Shown in pieces: positions 20,170 through 29,251 of a stretch of 63,790 nt of DNA (within the stretch, counting starts at the first letter, position 1; the number at the start of each line of letters is the position of its first letter). The notes under the pieces were generated by a model. That model was not told where the DNA came from and made no database searches. It saw only the letters and a list, made by a program, of their open reading frames with translations. The stretch lies in NCBI GenBank assembly GCA_000981645.1, contig LAQC01000008.1:1-63790 (forward strand), in the 5' to 3' direction. The position numbers and the translations under genes are program-made. The DNA is from Cryomorphaceae bacterium ASP10-05a. Its GTDB lineage: Bacteria > Bacteroidota > Bacteroidia > Flavobacteriales_D > Sanyastnellaceae.

Positions 20170-21411
20170 TTAAGGGTATAGAAGGTATTTCGAACGTGTT
20201 TTTTTAAATTCTTGAAGTCCATCGTGCCATAATTCTCTTATTTGTGCCTCATTTTTTCCTTCTGAAATTTGTTTTCTTAAGTCATCACTCCCTGCCAGTA
20301 AATCGAAGAAGTCAGGCCTGCTGAAAAAACCTTCACCTATAATTTCATGAGCCTTCAATAGACTGCTTAAGTTGAGTTTGGCTGAGCAGATGTAGTTTTC
20401 AGTGTCTTCATCATCAAATGAATAAGCGTTACATTTTACGTCTTTCAGCTTTGGGGTAGGAGCCTCTTTTCGAGGTTCTGGAGTGAAGAAAGTCCCATCT
20501 CCTTTAAGTTTTGGATGGCCGTAAACCTGAAAAGGACTATCTGTGCCACGCCCTACGCTAACTGAAGTTCCTTCAAAAAAGCACAGTGAGGGATATAGAA
20601 TTACACTTTTGTAGTTGGGTAAATTAGGACTTGGTTTTACGGGTAAAAAATACCTGGTAGAATGAGTATATTCTTTGCATGAAATAATTTTCAAATCACA
20701 AGTGAGGCCTTTCTCTAGCCATCCTTCTCCGTTAATCATAAGAGCATATTCCCCTATCGTCATTCCATGACAGACTGGAATGGCATGCATTCCTATAAAT
20801 GAGTTAAAATCAGGATTTAGAATAGGCCCATCTATCACATGCGCATTCGGGTTTGGTCTATCTAGTAACAGTACTTCTATCCCCGCCTCGGCTGCTGCCT
20901 CCATAATGTAATGTAGTGTAGAGATGTACGTATAGAAACGAGCTCCTACATCTTGAATATCGAAAACGAGTACATCTAAGCCTTTAAGTAATTCTAACGC
21001 GGGTTTTTTATTTTTCCCATAGAGAGAACTGATAGGAAGCCCCGTTTTCTCATCTTTAGAGTCCTTAATATGATCGCCCGCCGCGCCTTCACCCCTAAAT
21101 CCATGCTCAGGGCAGAATATGCGTTGCAATGCTATTCCATGACTCACCAAAGTATCCACTAGATGAACACCGTTTATTTGTGAGGAAGGGTTGCCGACTA
21201 GGCCTACCTTTTTATCTCTGAGTAGCTCTACTACTTTTACTATTTGGTCTGCACCAGTTTTGAAATTTCCCGAAAGAGGGACTAAACAAACTTCTCTTTT
21301 AGGAACATGTACTCCGTTATCTTTTAGTCCCGAAACTGGAGTAGAATCAGTGTCCACCTGAAATGCGCATGAAATAACGAGAAGAGAAATAGAATATAAA
21401 ATGAATTTCAT
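20170..21411 (-). CDS. DUF1343 family protein (NamZ-type exo-beta-N-acetylmuramidase-like)
   Basis: The 413-aa product has a signal peptide and the characteristic DUF1343 N-terminal region VGLVGNPSSQINGVHLVDTL...IFCPEHGFRGEGAAGDHI. Confidence 0.8.
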   Translation of the reverse strand: MKFILYSISLLVISCAFQVDTDSTPVSGLKDNGVHVPKREVCLVPLSGNFKTGADQIVKVVELLRDKKVGLVGNPSSQINGVHLVDTLVSHGIALQRIFCPEHGFRGEGAAGDHIKDSKDEKTGLPISSLYGKNKKPALELLKGLDVLVFDIQDVGARFYTYISTLHYIMEAAAEAGIEVLLLDRPNPNAHVIDGPILNPDFNSFIGMHAIPVCHGMTIGEYALMINGEGWLEKGLTCDLKIISCKEYTHSTRYFLPVKPSPNLPNYKSVILYPSLCFFEGTSVSVGRGTDSPFQVYGHPKLKGDGTFFTPEPRKEAPTPKLKDVKCNAYSFDDEDTENYICSAKLNLSSLLKAHEIIGEGFFSRPDFFDLLAGSDDLRKQISEGKNEAQIRELWHDGLQEFKKTRSKYLLYP

Positions 21412-21590
21412 TAAAAGTAAATTACAAAAACCGTGTCAGGTTTCTTCAAAGATCAAAAATGTTTCTAACCGATAAACATGAATTTGAATTCTCTTTGAGT
21501 AAAATGTTGTTCACTATAGCTGAGCTATGCGAACTTCTATTAAATTAAGAGAGATAAACCGAGAAGTAACTATTCTAAAGCAGCTTGGCT

Positions 21591-21598
21591 TACTTTTG
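21591..21598 (+). promoter_or_regulatory. Candidate -7 box (TACTTTTG) for the LolE-like gene
   Basis: The box matches TAnnTTTG, 13 nt upstream of the ATG at 21612. It lies inside the ORF-track extension that starts at TTG 21585. Confidence 0.5.
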
Positions 21599-21611
21599 TA
21601 GGCGACTTTAT

Positions 21612-23126
21612 ATGACGAACTTTTACTGGTACATATCAAAACGAATTAGCTCAGGAAAAGGCTTTAAAAAAGGCTTTTCACGGCCTATTATTCATATAGC
21701 CACAGGAGCTGTGGCTTTGGGGATAGCAGTGATGCTTATAAGCATAGCTATAGTGATAGGTTTTCAGAATGAGGTTAGAGATAAAGTAGTTGGTTTCGGT
21801 TCTCATGTGCAGATAAGTCAAAACTCGGGAGCTCAAAGCAAAGAGTCCGTTCCTATGTTAACCAATGACTCACTTGTCAGTGAAATCAAAAAAATAAGCT
21901 CTGTTAAGCATGTCCAGAAATTTGCGATTAAGCCGGGGATATTAGAAACAAAAAAAGATGTAGAGGGAGCTATTATTAAAGGAGTTTCTTCGGATTTTGA
22001 TTGGACTTTCTTCAATGATAAATTAGTCAAGGGGACTACTCTATCTGCAGACTCTTTAGAAGTAAAGAACCACATAATGCTTTCCGAAACCATAGCTAAA
22101 AGGCTAAGAGTAGATGTTGGAGAGAGGTTGACTGTGTATTTCGTGCTTAACCAAGAGGATTTAAAACCTAGAACGTTTAAGGTGGTAGGAATATATAACT
22201 CTGGATTTGTAGAGTTCGATGAACAGTTTGTTTTTGTGCCCTTAGACATAATGGCCAAAATTAGCAAGTGGGGTATAGAGTCTCAAGTAAAAGTGACGGA
22301 GGAAAAAGAGAAAAGCAGATGGAAAGTTGAGGGATTTGGCTTTGGAGGTGAAGGACTTTTAAAATTTGAATGGAGTAAAATAAAATGGCGAGGGGCAGGG
22401 CCGCATTATTTGAGCTACAGAGATACCTCCAAAATAGAGTTGGTCGTGAGAGATAGGTTTGAAACCATTCCAGATACATCTAGAATTCTGTTTTCGGTTG
22501 ACGTTGAAGATCCGCTTAGGCTGCTGCCATTGGTGGTTAGTTCGGGTGGCACACATTCTGAATACTGTGGAGGATATGAAGTGCTGCTCACAGACTATGA
22601 GTCGATACTAAATGCGGATGACGCGTTAACTTTTTCTTTGCCTTACTACTACCGAAGTGATACTATATTGTCTCGATTTCCAGAGATCTTTAATTGGCTA
22701 GCTACACTAGATATAAATGTCATTATAATAATTATTCTTATGATATTCGTAGCGATCATTAATATAGCGAGTGCTATTCTGATAATCATCATAGAAAAAA
22801 CGAGTTTGATAGGATTGTTTAAGGCCTTTGGAGCTAGTACGAGTAGGCTTAGTGGCCTTTTTATAGTGCTTGCTGGCAGAATACTTGTAATCGGTTTAAT
22901 CGCGGGGAATATCTTAGGCTTGGGGTTTTGTATTCTTCAAGATAAATTTGGTTTGGTAAAATTAGACCCTGAGAAATATATTTTAGATAAGGTTCCCATA
23001 GACTTAAACTGGACTTATGTCTGTCAGATAAATCTTATAACATTAGTTATTTGTGTTTTATTTATGATTCTACCCGTATTATATGTCTCTAAAATAGATC
23101 CTGTAAGGGCCATTAAGTTTGACTAA
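21612..23126 (+). CDS. LolC/LolE-like FtsX-family ABC permease with an enlarged periplasmic domain
   Basis: The track ORF starts at TTG 21585. I prefer ATG 21612 (MTNFYWYISKRISSGKG..., a typical LolE N-terminus). The protein has a C-terminal FtsX TM bundle (IIEKTSLIGLFKAFGAS). Confidence 0.85.
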   Translation: MTNFYWYISKRISSGKGFKKGFSRPIIHIATGAVALGIAVMLISIAIVIGFQNEVRDKVVGFGSHVQISQNSGAQSKESVPMLTNDSLVSEIKKISSVKHVQKFAIKPGILETKKDVEGAIIKGVSSDFDWTFFNDKLVKGTTLSADSLEVKNHIMLSETIAKRLRVDVGERLTVYFVLNQEDLKPRTFKVVGIYNSGFVEFDEQFVFVPLDIMAKISKWGIESQVKVTEEKEKSRWKVEGFGFGGEGLLKFEWSKIKWRGAGPHYLSYRDTSKIELVVRDRFETIPDTSRILFSVDVEDPLRLLPLVVSSGGTHSEYCGGYEVLLTDYESILNADDALTFSLPYYYRSDTILSRFPEIFNWLATLDINVIIIIILMIFVAIINIASAILIIIIEKTSLIGLFKAFGASTSRLSGLFIVLAGRILVIGLIAGNILGLGFCILQDKFGLVKLDPEKYILDKVPIDLNWTYVCQINLITLVICVLFMILPVLYVSKIDPVRAIKFD

Positions 23127-23164
23127 CTCCTTAGAACGTTTAACTATTGTTACTTCTAAAAGAG

Positions 23165-23172
23165 TACTTTTG
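23165..23172 (+). promoter_or_regulatory. Candidate -7 box (TACTTTTG) for the cysteine synthase-like gene
   Basis: The box matches TAnnTTTG, 20 nt upstream of the ATG at 23193. Confidence 0.5.
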
Positions 23173-23192
23173 CTACGCTAAAAAAAACAGAT

Positions 23193-24176
23193 ATGAAACG
23201 CGTTTATGATAACATTCTAGGAGCTATAGGTGATACTCCATTAATAAGATTAAATAATATAGCCAAAGATATTCCAGGTGAAGTTTGGGCTAAGGTGGAA
23301 TATTTTAATCCTGGACATTCTACCAAGGATAGAATGGCTTTGCAGATGCTAGAAGATGCGGAAAAAGCTGGAAAAATAAAGCCTGGAGGAACTATTATAG
23401 AATGTACTTCTGGTAACACAGGAATGGGATTAGCATTAGCCGCATGCGTGAAAGGGTATAAGCTTATCTGTACTATGAGTGATAAGCAGAGTAAAGAGAA
23501 AATAGATATTCTAAGAGCCATGGGAGCAGATGTAAGAGTGTGTCCTACGAATGTAGAAGCAGATCATCCCGAAAGTTATTATAGCGTGGCTACAAGATTA
23601 GCCAATGAAATTCCTAATTCATTTTATCCGTTTCAGTATGATAATCTTTCTAATAGAAAGGCTCATTACTTAACTACTGGTCCAGAAATTTGGGACCAAA
23701 CAGATGGAAAAATAACTCATTTTGTGGTAGGGGTAGGGACTGGAGGAACTATTTCAGGTGTAGGTCAGTATTTGAAAGAGCAAAACCCTGAGGTGAAACT
23801 CTGGGGTGGAGATACGTATGGATCTGTTTTTAAAAAATACCACGAAACTGGAATTTTCGATGAGAATGAAATTCATTCATACATCACCGAGGGTATAGGA
23901 GAAGATATTCTTCCTAAAAATGTAGATTTCGATTTAATAGATCATTTCGAAAAAGTAACCGATAAAGATGGTGCTTTAGTTGCTAGAGAATTGGCTTTAA
24001 AAGAAGGATTACTTTTAGGTTACTCATGTGGATCAGCATTTCAGGTGATTCGTCAAATGAAAGATCAGCTTACGGAAGATTCCGTTACTGTAGTATTATT
24101 CCACGATCACGGAAGTAGATACGTAGGTAAAGTCTATAATGACGAATGGATGAGAGAGCAAGGGTTTATAGACTAA
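23193..24176 (+). CDS. PLP-dependent cysteine synthase / cystathionine beta-synthase family enzyme
   Basis: The 327-aa product has the PLP-lysine motif NPGHSTKDRMAL, TSGNTGMGLA and a GVGTGGTISG loop. Confidence 0.88.
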   Translation: MKRVYDNILGAIGDTPLIRLNNIAKDIPGEVWAKVEYFNPGHSTKDRMALQMLEDAEKAGKIKPGGTIIECTSGNTGMGLALAACVKGYKLICTMSDKQSKEKIDILRAMGADVRVCPTNVEADHPESYYSVATRLANEIPNSFYPFQYDNLSNRKAHYLTTGPEIWDQTDGKITHFVVGVGTGGTISGVGQYLKEQNPEVKLWGGDTYGSVFKKYHETGIFDENEIHSYITEGIGEDILPKNVDFDLIDHFEKVTDKDGALVARELALKEGLLLGYSCGSAFQVIRQMKDQLTEDSVTVVLFHDHGSRYVGKVYNDEWMREQGFID

Positions 24177-24489
24177 ACTTATCTTTTACGGTTCCATTTA
24201 TAAGGTTGAAATCGGGTTTTAGCGAACTTTTTTACGCTCGATTACAGCCTGTTTTTTCCCCTCTTTAAGTTATAAGCTATAAATGTACCGCAAAAACCCC
24301 CTGCTTTTCGAGCAGATTAAGTTACGGTTAGGTCATTCTCTGAGCTGTTTAATTTAACTAGCTTAATGTAATTCTATGCAGATACTTTTATTAGCCAAAG
24401 TGACAATCTGAAAATCAGTAGTTTTTTACAGGTGCGATTTAAAATTTGGCGTTCTTTATGGTCTTAACCCTTAGCTACAAGCTTTGTGT

Positions 24490-27400
24490 CTAGCGAATAA
24501 TCAAAATGTGACCAAACTTCTCTTCCCCTTTTTTGCCTTTGTTGTCTTCAAAGGTGTATGACAATCTCCAGGTGTAAATTCCGTCTTCTACATAATGAGT
24601 TCCCTGCTGAAATGAACCATCCCAATATGAGTTTGGAGATTGACTTGTGAATATAACGTCTCCGTTTCTATCCATTATCCAAAAATCATAGTTATTGAAA
24701 TTGCATTTGGAAGTACTCACCTGAAAAACATCATTTATCCCATCATTGTCAGGAGTAAATGTGTTAGGTACATATACTCTGCAATCTTCACATTGATCAA
24801 ATTCCAGAAATATTTCATCTGTCCTGCTTTCACAGGCGCTTATCACTTCAACTTGGTAAAGCCCCGTTTCTGTTACATGACGGACGCTGTCATTTATTTG
24901 GTCATTCCAATTTATTTGAACGGGGTAATTGAAGGATTCGTCCCACGCATTTAAAGGGTAAGTGATCCCAGCGCATAATGTAATATCTTCACCAAGATAT
25001 AGTTCAAAAGGTGGAATGATTTCAATGTAAATTTCATCTGAGAAAACACAATTATTGAGTTGTGAAGTAGCGGTGTACGTACCTGTTAATGTGGGCGAAA
25101 TAGCTGCAGTATTCTCACCAGTAGACCAAATTACTGATGCTTCAGGCGTTAATGTTAGTGGTTGGATTTGAGTATTCTCATTGTAACAGATTATTTCATC
25201 TGCTCCCAAATCAAAATAAGGGATGGGATTCACAGCGACTGAAATCTCATCTGTCTCTGAACATCCGTTCTGAATCACCTCGACTGAATATACTCCAGAT
25301 TCATTTACTGTATATGAGCTCTCTGTCGCACCGTCTTGCCATGTATAGGAATCCCCCAAGTTGGTAACGTCTAGAACCAGTGTTTCTCCCTGGCACAGTT
25401 GGGTATCGTTTCCGAGGTTAAATGAAGGCAATGGGATCACCTCAAGAGAAACACTTTCTGAGAATTCACAGCCATTTATTTCGGCTGTTAATTGGTAAAT
25501 ACCTGATGCATTTGTAGTAATGAATGGAGTGACTTCCCCCGAACTCCAAATAAATTGATCTGCTATGACATTTGTGTTAAAGATCACTTGTTCTCCTTCG
25601 CAAATACTCAGGTCAGGACCTAGGCCGATTACTACAGGGGATACATTGTCAATGACAATAGTATCAGCAGTGCTGCAGTTCCCTAGGGTTACTATTACCG
25701 AGTAAGTACCCGAAGTTTCGACTGGGAAGGTTGTTGAAGTCAAGCCGTTATTCCACAGGTATGAATCTGCCAAAACATTAGGTTCTAGTGTTAATATATC
25801 GTCAGGACATAGCGTTTGATCAGGGCCTAAGTCTACACTTTCTAGTGGGCTATACTCCACCACTATGTCATCGGTAAAATCACATCCATTGATACTAATG
25901 GTTATAGTATATGTGTCTTCAGACTCTACAAGTAAAGTTGGATCAGTTGATCCGTTGGACCAGTTGTATATCCCATCTTGAACGGTTGCGTCTAAAAGCA
26001 GTGACTGTCCCGTACAAAGAACCGTATCCATCGGGAGTAAGCTTGCTATTGGTGCCAAAACCTCTAATGCTCCAATATCTGAAATACCACTTCTTACCTG
26101 ACCGATCTGATCAAGGTTGCTGGCTAAATCATCGTTGCCCGCATTGATAGCCGGGCTAATAGGGTCGCAAGATTCAACTTGGTGAGTGTCAGTATTCCCC
26201 CCATTGTTAGTCAAAGGAAAAATAAGAGGATTTAAATCCAATAAATTACCAGTTGTTACCCCGGTAAAAGTCCCCTCAGCGTCTGAAGTTTGTACCAGGT
26301 TGTGACCTCCTGTAGAACCTATGTCACCAGCCAGATGTCCTCCAGAATCTGATGAAATGTTTTCAGCTGAAAGACAATTGTTAAGGATTACAGTTCCATC
26401 TAGATTAAAAATGGCACCACCGCTACCTGAGCCAGAAGCACCGCCTCCGCTAAACCATCCGCCACCACCGTTTCCGCCTAGCGCTTCATTAAAAGCGAAG
26501 GTGCAATTTGTAATGCTAAAATCTCCTGAGTTACTAAACAGGCCACCTCCAAGACCGGCTCCTCCGCCACCTCCTGAGCCTCCGCTGCAGCATCCTTGTC
26601 CTCCATTTCCTCCATAAGAGCCACCATCACCTGATGGGCCAGAGTTTCCTCCCCAGGAATTGGCTCCGCCACCTCCGCCACCTCCGCCAAATCCACCATC
26701 ACCTCCCGCGCCTGAAAGTGATCCGCCACCACCACCGCCACCGGCCCAGTTTCCAACTCCTCCATTCCCATTTTGACCTCCCGCACTACCTCCATTTCCC
26801 CCTCCAACTCCGCCAGGACTAGAAGTAACGCCTGAACCTTGGTGATGGGTGCCGCTACCTCCGCGACCACCAATTGCACTATTTCCACTGATTGTTGAAT
26901 TAACCATTACACCAACCGCATCAGTTGCATTGTAGATTGCACCGCCAAAACCGGGACCACCACCACCGCCACTTCCGCCTCCAGGGGCAATTCCGTTGCC
27001 TCCTTTTCCACCTAAAGCCATGCAATCATTAATGGTTGTGTTTTCAATAGTGACTATTCCTTCGTTTGCAATAGCTCCGCCCATTCCTCCCGACTGCGCA
27101 CCCTGGCTGTCACCTTCGGTCATTGAATTCCGAATACCAACCTCAAATAAGGTTAAATCACCTTGATTTAGAATAGCTCCTCCGTTTTCAGCGAAAACAA
27201 ACCCCTGATGTATTTCAAGGTGTTCAATAGTGACTATTATACCAGGAAAGATATGGAACACACGATCTAGTGAGTCAGCGTTTATAATAGTCTCTCTTGT
27301 GGATTCTCCTTGGATCACAAGATCCGAAGTGATATCCAGATCTCCTGAAACACACCCATTTTCCGAGGATCCATTTAGTGTAATCAAGTACTCATTGTTG

Positions 27401-27609
27401 GGAATGAAAATATCGTTCGCTCCAGCTATTGCATTGGACTCCATAATGGCAGCGCGCAGTGAGCATTCGCCATTTGAGTCTGCACAAATTCCATCACCCG
27501 GACTAATATCTATAGAGTCAGATGAAGTGTCAACTGTAAACTGTCCTTTCGAATTTAAAGTACCAAAAAGTAAAGCAACAAATAGAAGAGTATGTTTCAG
27601 TAAACCCAT
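24490..27609 (-). CDS. T9SS-secreted surface protein: CSLREA / Pmp-like beta-helix, poly-Gly region, Ig-like Cys repeats and a type B C-terminal sorting domain
   Basis: The 1039-aa product has a signal peptide and a CSLREA-type motif (GECSLRAAIMESN). GGAI and FxxN motifs recur (GGAILNQG, GGAIANEG, GGAIYN, GGAIFNLDG, FAFNEA). About six units of ~70 aa follow the pattern LGxDxxxCxGxx...YxWxxG...GxYxV...GC. The C-terminus VYVPNTFTPDNDGINDVF...IYTWRL is typical of the gliding-motility/T9SS type B sorting domain. Confidence 0.9.
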   Translation of the reverse strand: MGLLKHTLLFVALLFGTLNSKGQFTVDTSSDSIDISPGDGICADSNGECSLRAAIMESNAIAGANDIFIPNNEYLITLNGSSENGCVSGDLDITSDLVIQGESTRETIINADSLDRVFHIFPGIIVTIEHLEIHQGFVFAENGGAILNQGDLTLFEVGIRNSMTEGDSQGAQSGGMGGAIANEGIVTIENTTINDCMALGGKGGNGIAPGGGSGGGGGPGFGGAIYNATDAVGVMVNSTISGNSAIGGRGGSGTHHQGSGVTSSPGGVGGGNGGSAGGQNGNGGVGNWAGGGGGGGSLSGAGGDGGFGGGGGGGGANSWGGNSGPSGDGGSYGGNGGQGCCSGGSGGGGGAGLGGGLFSNSGDFSITNCTFAFNEALGGNGGGGWFSGGGASGSGSGGAIFNLDGTVILNNCLSAENISSDSGGHLAGDIGSTGGHNLVQTSDAEGTFTGVTTGNLLDLNPLIFPLTNNGGNTDTHQVESCDPISPAINAGNDDLASNLDQIGQVRSGISDIGALEVLAPIASLLPMDTVLCTGQSLLLDATVQDGIYNWSNGSTDPTLLVESEDTYTITISINGCDFTDDIVVEYSPLESVDLGPDQTLCPDDILTLEPNVLADSYLWNNGLTSTTFPVETSGTYSVIVTLGNCSTADTIVIDNVSPVVIGLGPDLSICEGEQVIFNTNVIADQFIWSSGEVTPFITTNASGIYQLTAEINGCEFSESVSLEVIPLPSFNLGNDTQLCQGETLVLDVTNLGDSYTWQDGATESSYTVNESGVYSVEVIQNGCSETDEISVAVNPIPYFDLGADEIICYNENTQIQPLTLTPEASVIWSTGENTAAISPTLTGTYTATSQLNNCVFSDEIYIEIIPPFELYLGEDITLCAGITYPLNAWDESFNYPVQINWNDQINDSVRHVTETGLYQVEVISACESRTDEIFLEFDQCEDCRVYVPNTFTPDNDGINDVFQVSTSKCNFNNYDFWIMDRNGDVIFTSQSPNSYWDGSFQQGTHYVEDGIYTWRLSYTFEDNKGKKGEEKFGHILIIR
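26413..27015 (-). repeat. Low-complexity glycine-rich coding tract (about aa 199-399 of the surface protein)
   Basis: The translation contains runs such as GGGSGGGGGPGFGG, WAGGGGGGGSLSGAGGDGGFGGGGGGGGANSWGG and CCSGGSGGGGGAGLGGG. The DNA is locally GC-rich and has short tandem units, for example ggctccgcc acctccgcc acctccgcc at 26662-26688. Confidence 0.9.
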
Positions 27610-27947
27610 AGAACACTAATGTATATACTTATTTATAAGCGAGTTAGTTAATTTTGTTATTTTAGAACTTATCTAAGCTGATAAATTTAGGTCATTTTAA
27701 ACTTCTCTTAGTTTTTTCATGATTTAAACTGGTGTGCTAAAAAGAAAAAAACAGCACTATAAATTCTTCTTTTTTCAACTTTTTTATCTAGAGCTAGTTG
27801 CTACTAAGTCACTCTGAAATGTTCTCTTCTTAAAGAAATGCATCCGTAATTTTTTAGAACTTCTAGAACCTGAGAGAGAAGCTATGTCAGGTATTATGTG
27901 ATTCCCGAACCACTCTTGCAAATAGCTAGGGTTAGCAAATAAATGGG

Positions 27948-29162
27948 CTAGTAGCCAAAGTGTTTTTGAGCCATGTCTGCTATCTGAGACCCTATGGCTA
28001 AGGATGCCGTAGCGGCAGGAGAGGGCGCATTCAAAACATGAATAGAATGGTCGGTGTACTCAATTCTGAAGTCATCTCTAGTGTCTCCGTCTTGGCCTAG
28101 AAGAAGTGCTCTTACTCCTGCTCTTCCCGGTCTAATGTCATCCATGGTAAGAGAAGGCACCATGCGTTGCAATGTTTCTAGAAACAACTTTTTACTAAAG
28201 GCTCTTCTGTATTCGTTGATTCCAAATTTCATGTTTTTCATGAAAAGCTTCCATGTTCCAGGATAGCTTAGGGCATCTGCGGTATCTTTTAAATTGAAGT
28301 CTGTTTTTCCATATCCTTCTCTTTTAAAAGTGAACACCGCATTTGGTCCACACTCTATTTCTCCATTAGTCATTCTTGTAAAGTGAACACCTAAAAACGG
28401 AAACTCTGGATTAGGGACAGGATAGATAAGGTGCTTTACTTTATGCTTCGCTTGATCAGTTAATTCATAGTAATCGCCTCTAAACCCAACGACCTTTTCT
28501 TTAAGTTTTACATCATCTTTTCTAGCCAATCTATCGGCTTGTAGTCCTCCGCAAACTATTAATTTACCACAGCTATAAACAGATTTACTCGTTTGTATAG
28601 TTGTGAACTCTGCATTTTTCGTGAAATTTAGTACTTCTTCTCCCAGTTTTAAGGCGTTGGATTGATTGGCGGCTAGGGCCAAATCGGTCATCTTTTCAGT
28701 GGCTCCTCTATAGTCTATGATTCCCGTACAGCCTACTCTTATTCCTCCAATTGAATTGCAGTTTGGTTCTATTTCACGAACTTGGTCTGCAGTGATTTTT
28801 TCCATGTCTTCAATTTCATTTTGAAGTCCTGTTTGGTAGATTTTTTCCATTTGGGGAAGCTCCCATTCTTCGGTAGCTACTACGACTTTTCCGCAGACAT
28901 CATGAGCCACCTTATGCTCTTGGGAAAATTTCACTAGCTCTCTTCTGCCTTGGATACAATTCACCGCTTTTAGTGAGCCAGGTGTATAGTAAAGTCCAGA
29001 ATGAATCACCCCACTATTATTTCCGGTTTGGTGACCTGCCAGTGCTTTTTCTTTTTCTATAAGCACAATACTCTTATTTGGGAACCTCTCTGAAAGTTTA
29101 AAGAATGTGGCTGCTCCTATGATTCCTCCTCCCACTATAGCTATATCAAAATGTTGTTTCAT
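27948..29162 (-). CDS. lhgO: L-2-hydroxyglutarate oxidase-like FAD-dependent oxidoreductase
   Basis: The 404-aa product has the FAD Rossmann motif DIAIVGGGIIGAA and the LhgO-like segment GHQTGNNSGVIHSGLYYTPGSLKA. Confidence 0.85.
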   Translation of the reverse strand: MKQHFDIAIVGGGIIGAATFFKLSERFPNKSIVLIEKEKALAGHQTGNNSGVIHSGLYYTPGSLKAVNCIQGRRELVKFSQEHKVAHDVCGKVVVATEEWELPQMEKIYQTGLQNEIEDMEKITADQVREIEPNCNSIGGIRVGCTGIIDYRGATEKMTDLALAANQSNALKLGEEVLNFTKNAEFTTIQTSKSVYSCGKLIVCGGLQADRLARKDDVKLKEKVVGFRGDYYELTDQAKHKVKHLIYPVPNPEFPFLGVHFTRMTNGEIECGPNAVFTFKREGYGKTDFNLKDTADALSYPGTWKLFMKNMKFGINEYRRAFSKKLFLETLQRMVPSLTMDDIRPGRAGVRALLLGQDGDTRDDFRIEYTDHSIHVLNAPSPAATASLAIGSQIADMAQKHFGY

Positions 29163-29184
29163 TTCAGAAAATAAATTTGCACCG

Positions 29185-29192
29185 CAAATTTA
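29185..29192 (-). promoter_or_regulatory. Candidate -7 box (TAAATTTG) for lhgO
   Basis: The box matches TAnnTTTG on the minus strand, 22 nt upstream of the ATG at 29162. It forms one arm of the inverted repeat aaatttgc-acc-gcaaattt (29173-29191). The other arm reads TAAATTTG on the + strand (29172-29179). Confidence 0.5.
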
Positions 29193-29251
29193 AAGCTTTT
29201 ACTACCTTCTAATTTGGTGAATTAGACACCTTATTATAACTTTCGCCCCTG

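Noticed and set aside
24177-24489. A 313-bp spacer between the cysteine-synthase-like gene and the 3' end of the big surface-protein gene
   Set aside because: It contains only short weak hairpins (for example ctgct-tttcg-agcag). It has no repeats, no ORF and no recognisable RNA motif.
26321-26888. Track ORFs of 62-136 aa on both strands (Pro-rich PPPP..., His-rich, Val/Glu-rich) inside the Gly-rich part of the 1039-aa gene
   Set aside because: These are frame and antisense shadows of GGN-codon repeats. They have low-complexity translations and are fully nested in a well-supported gene.
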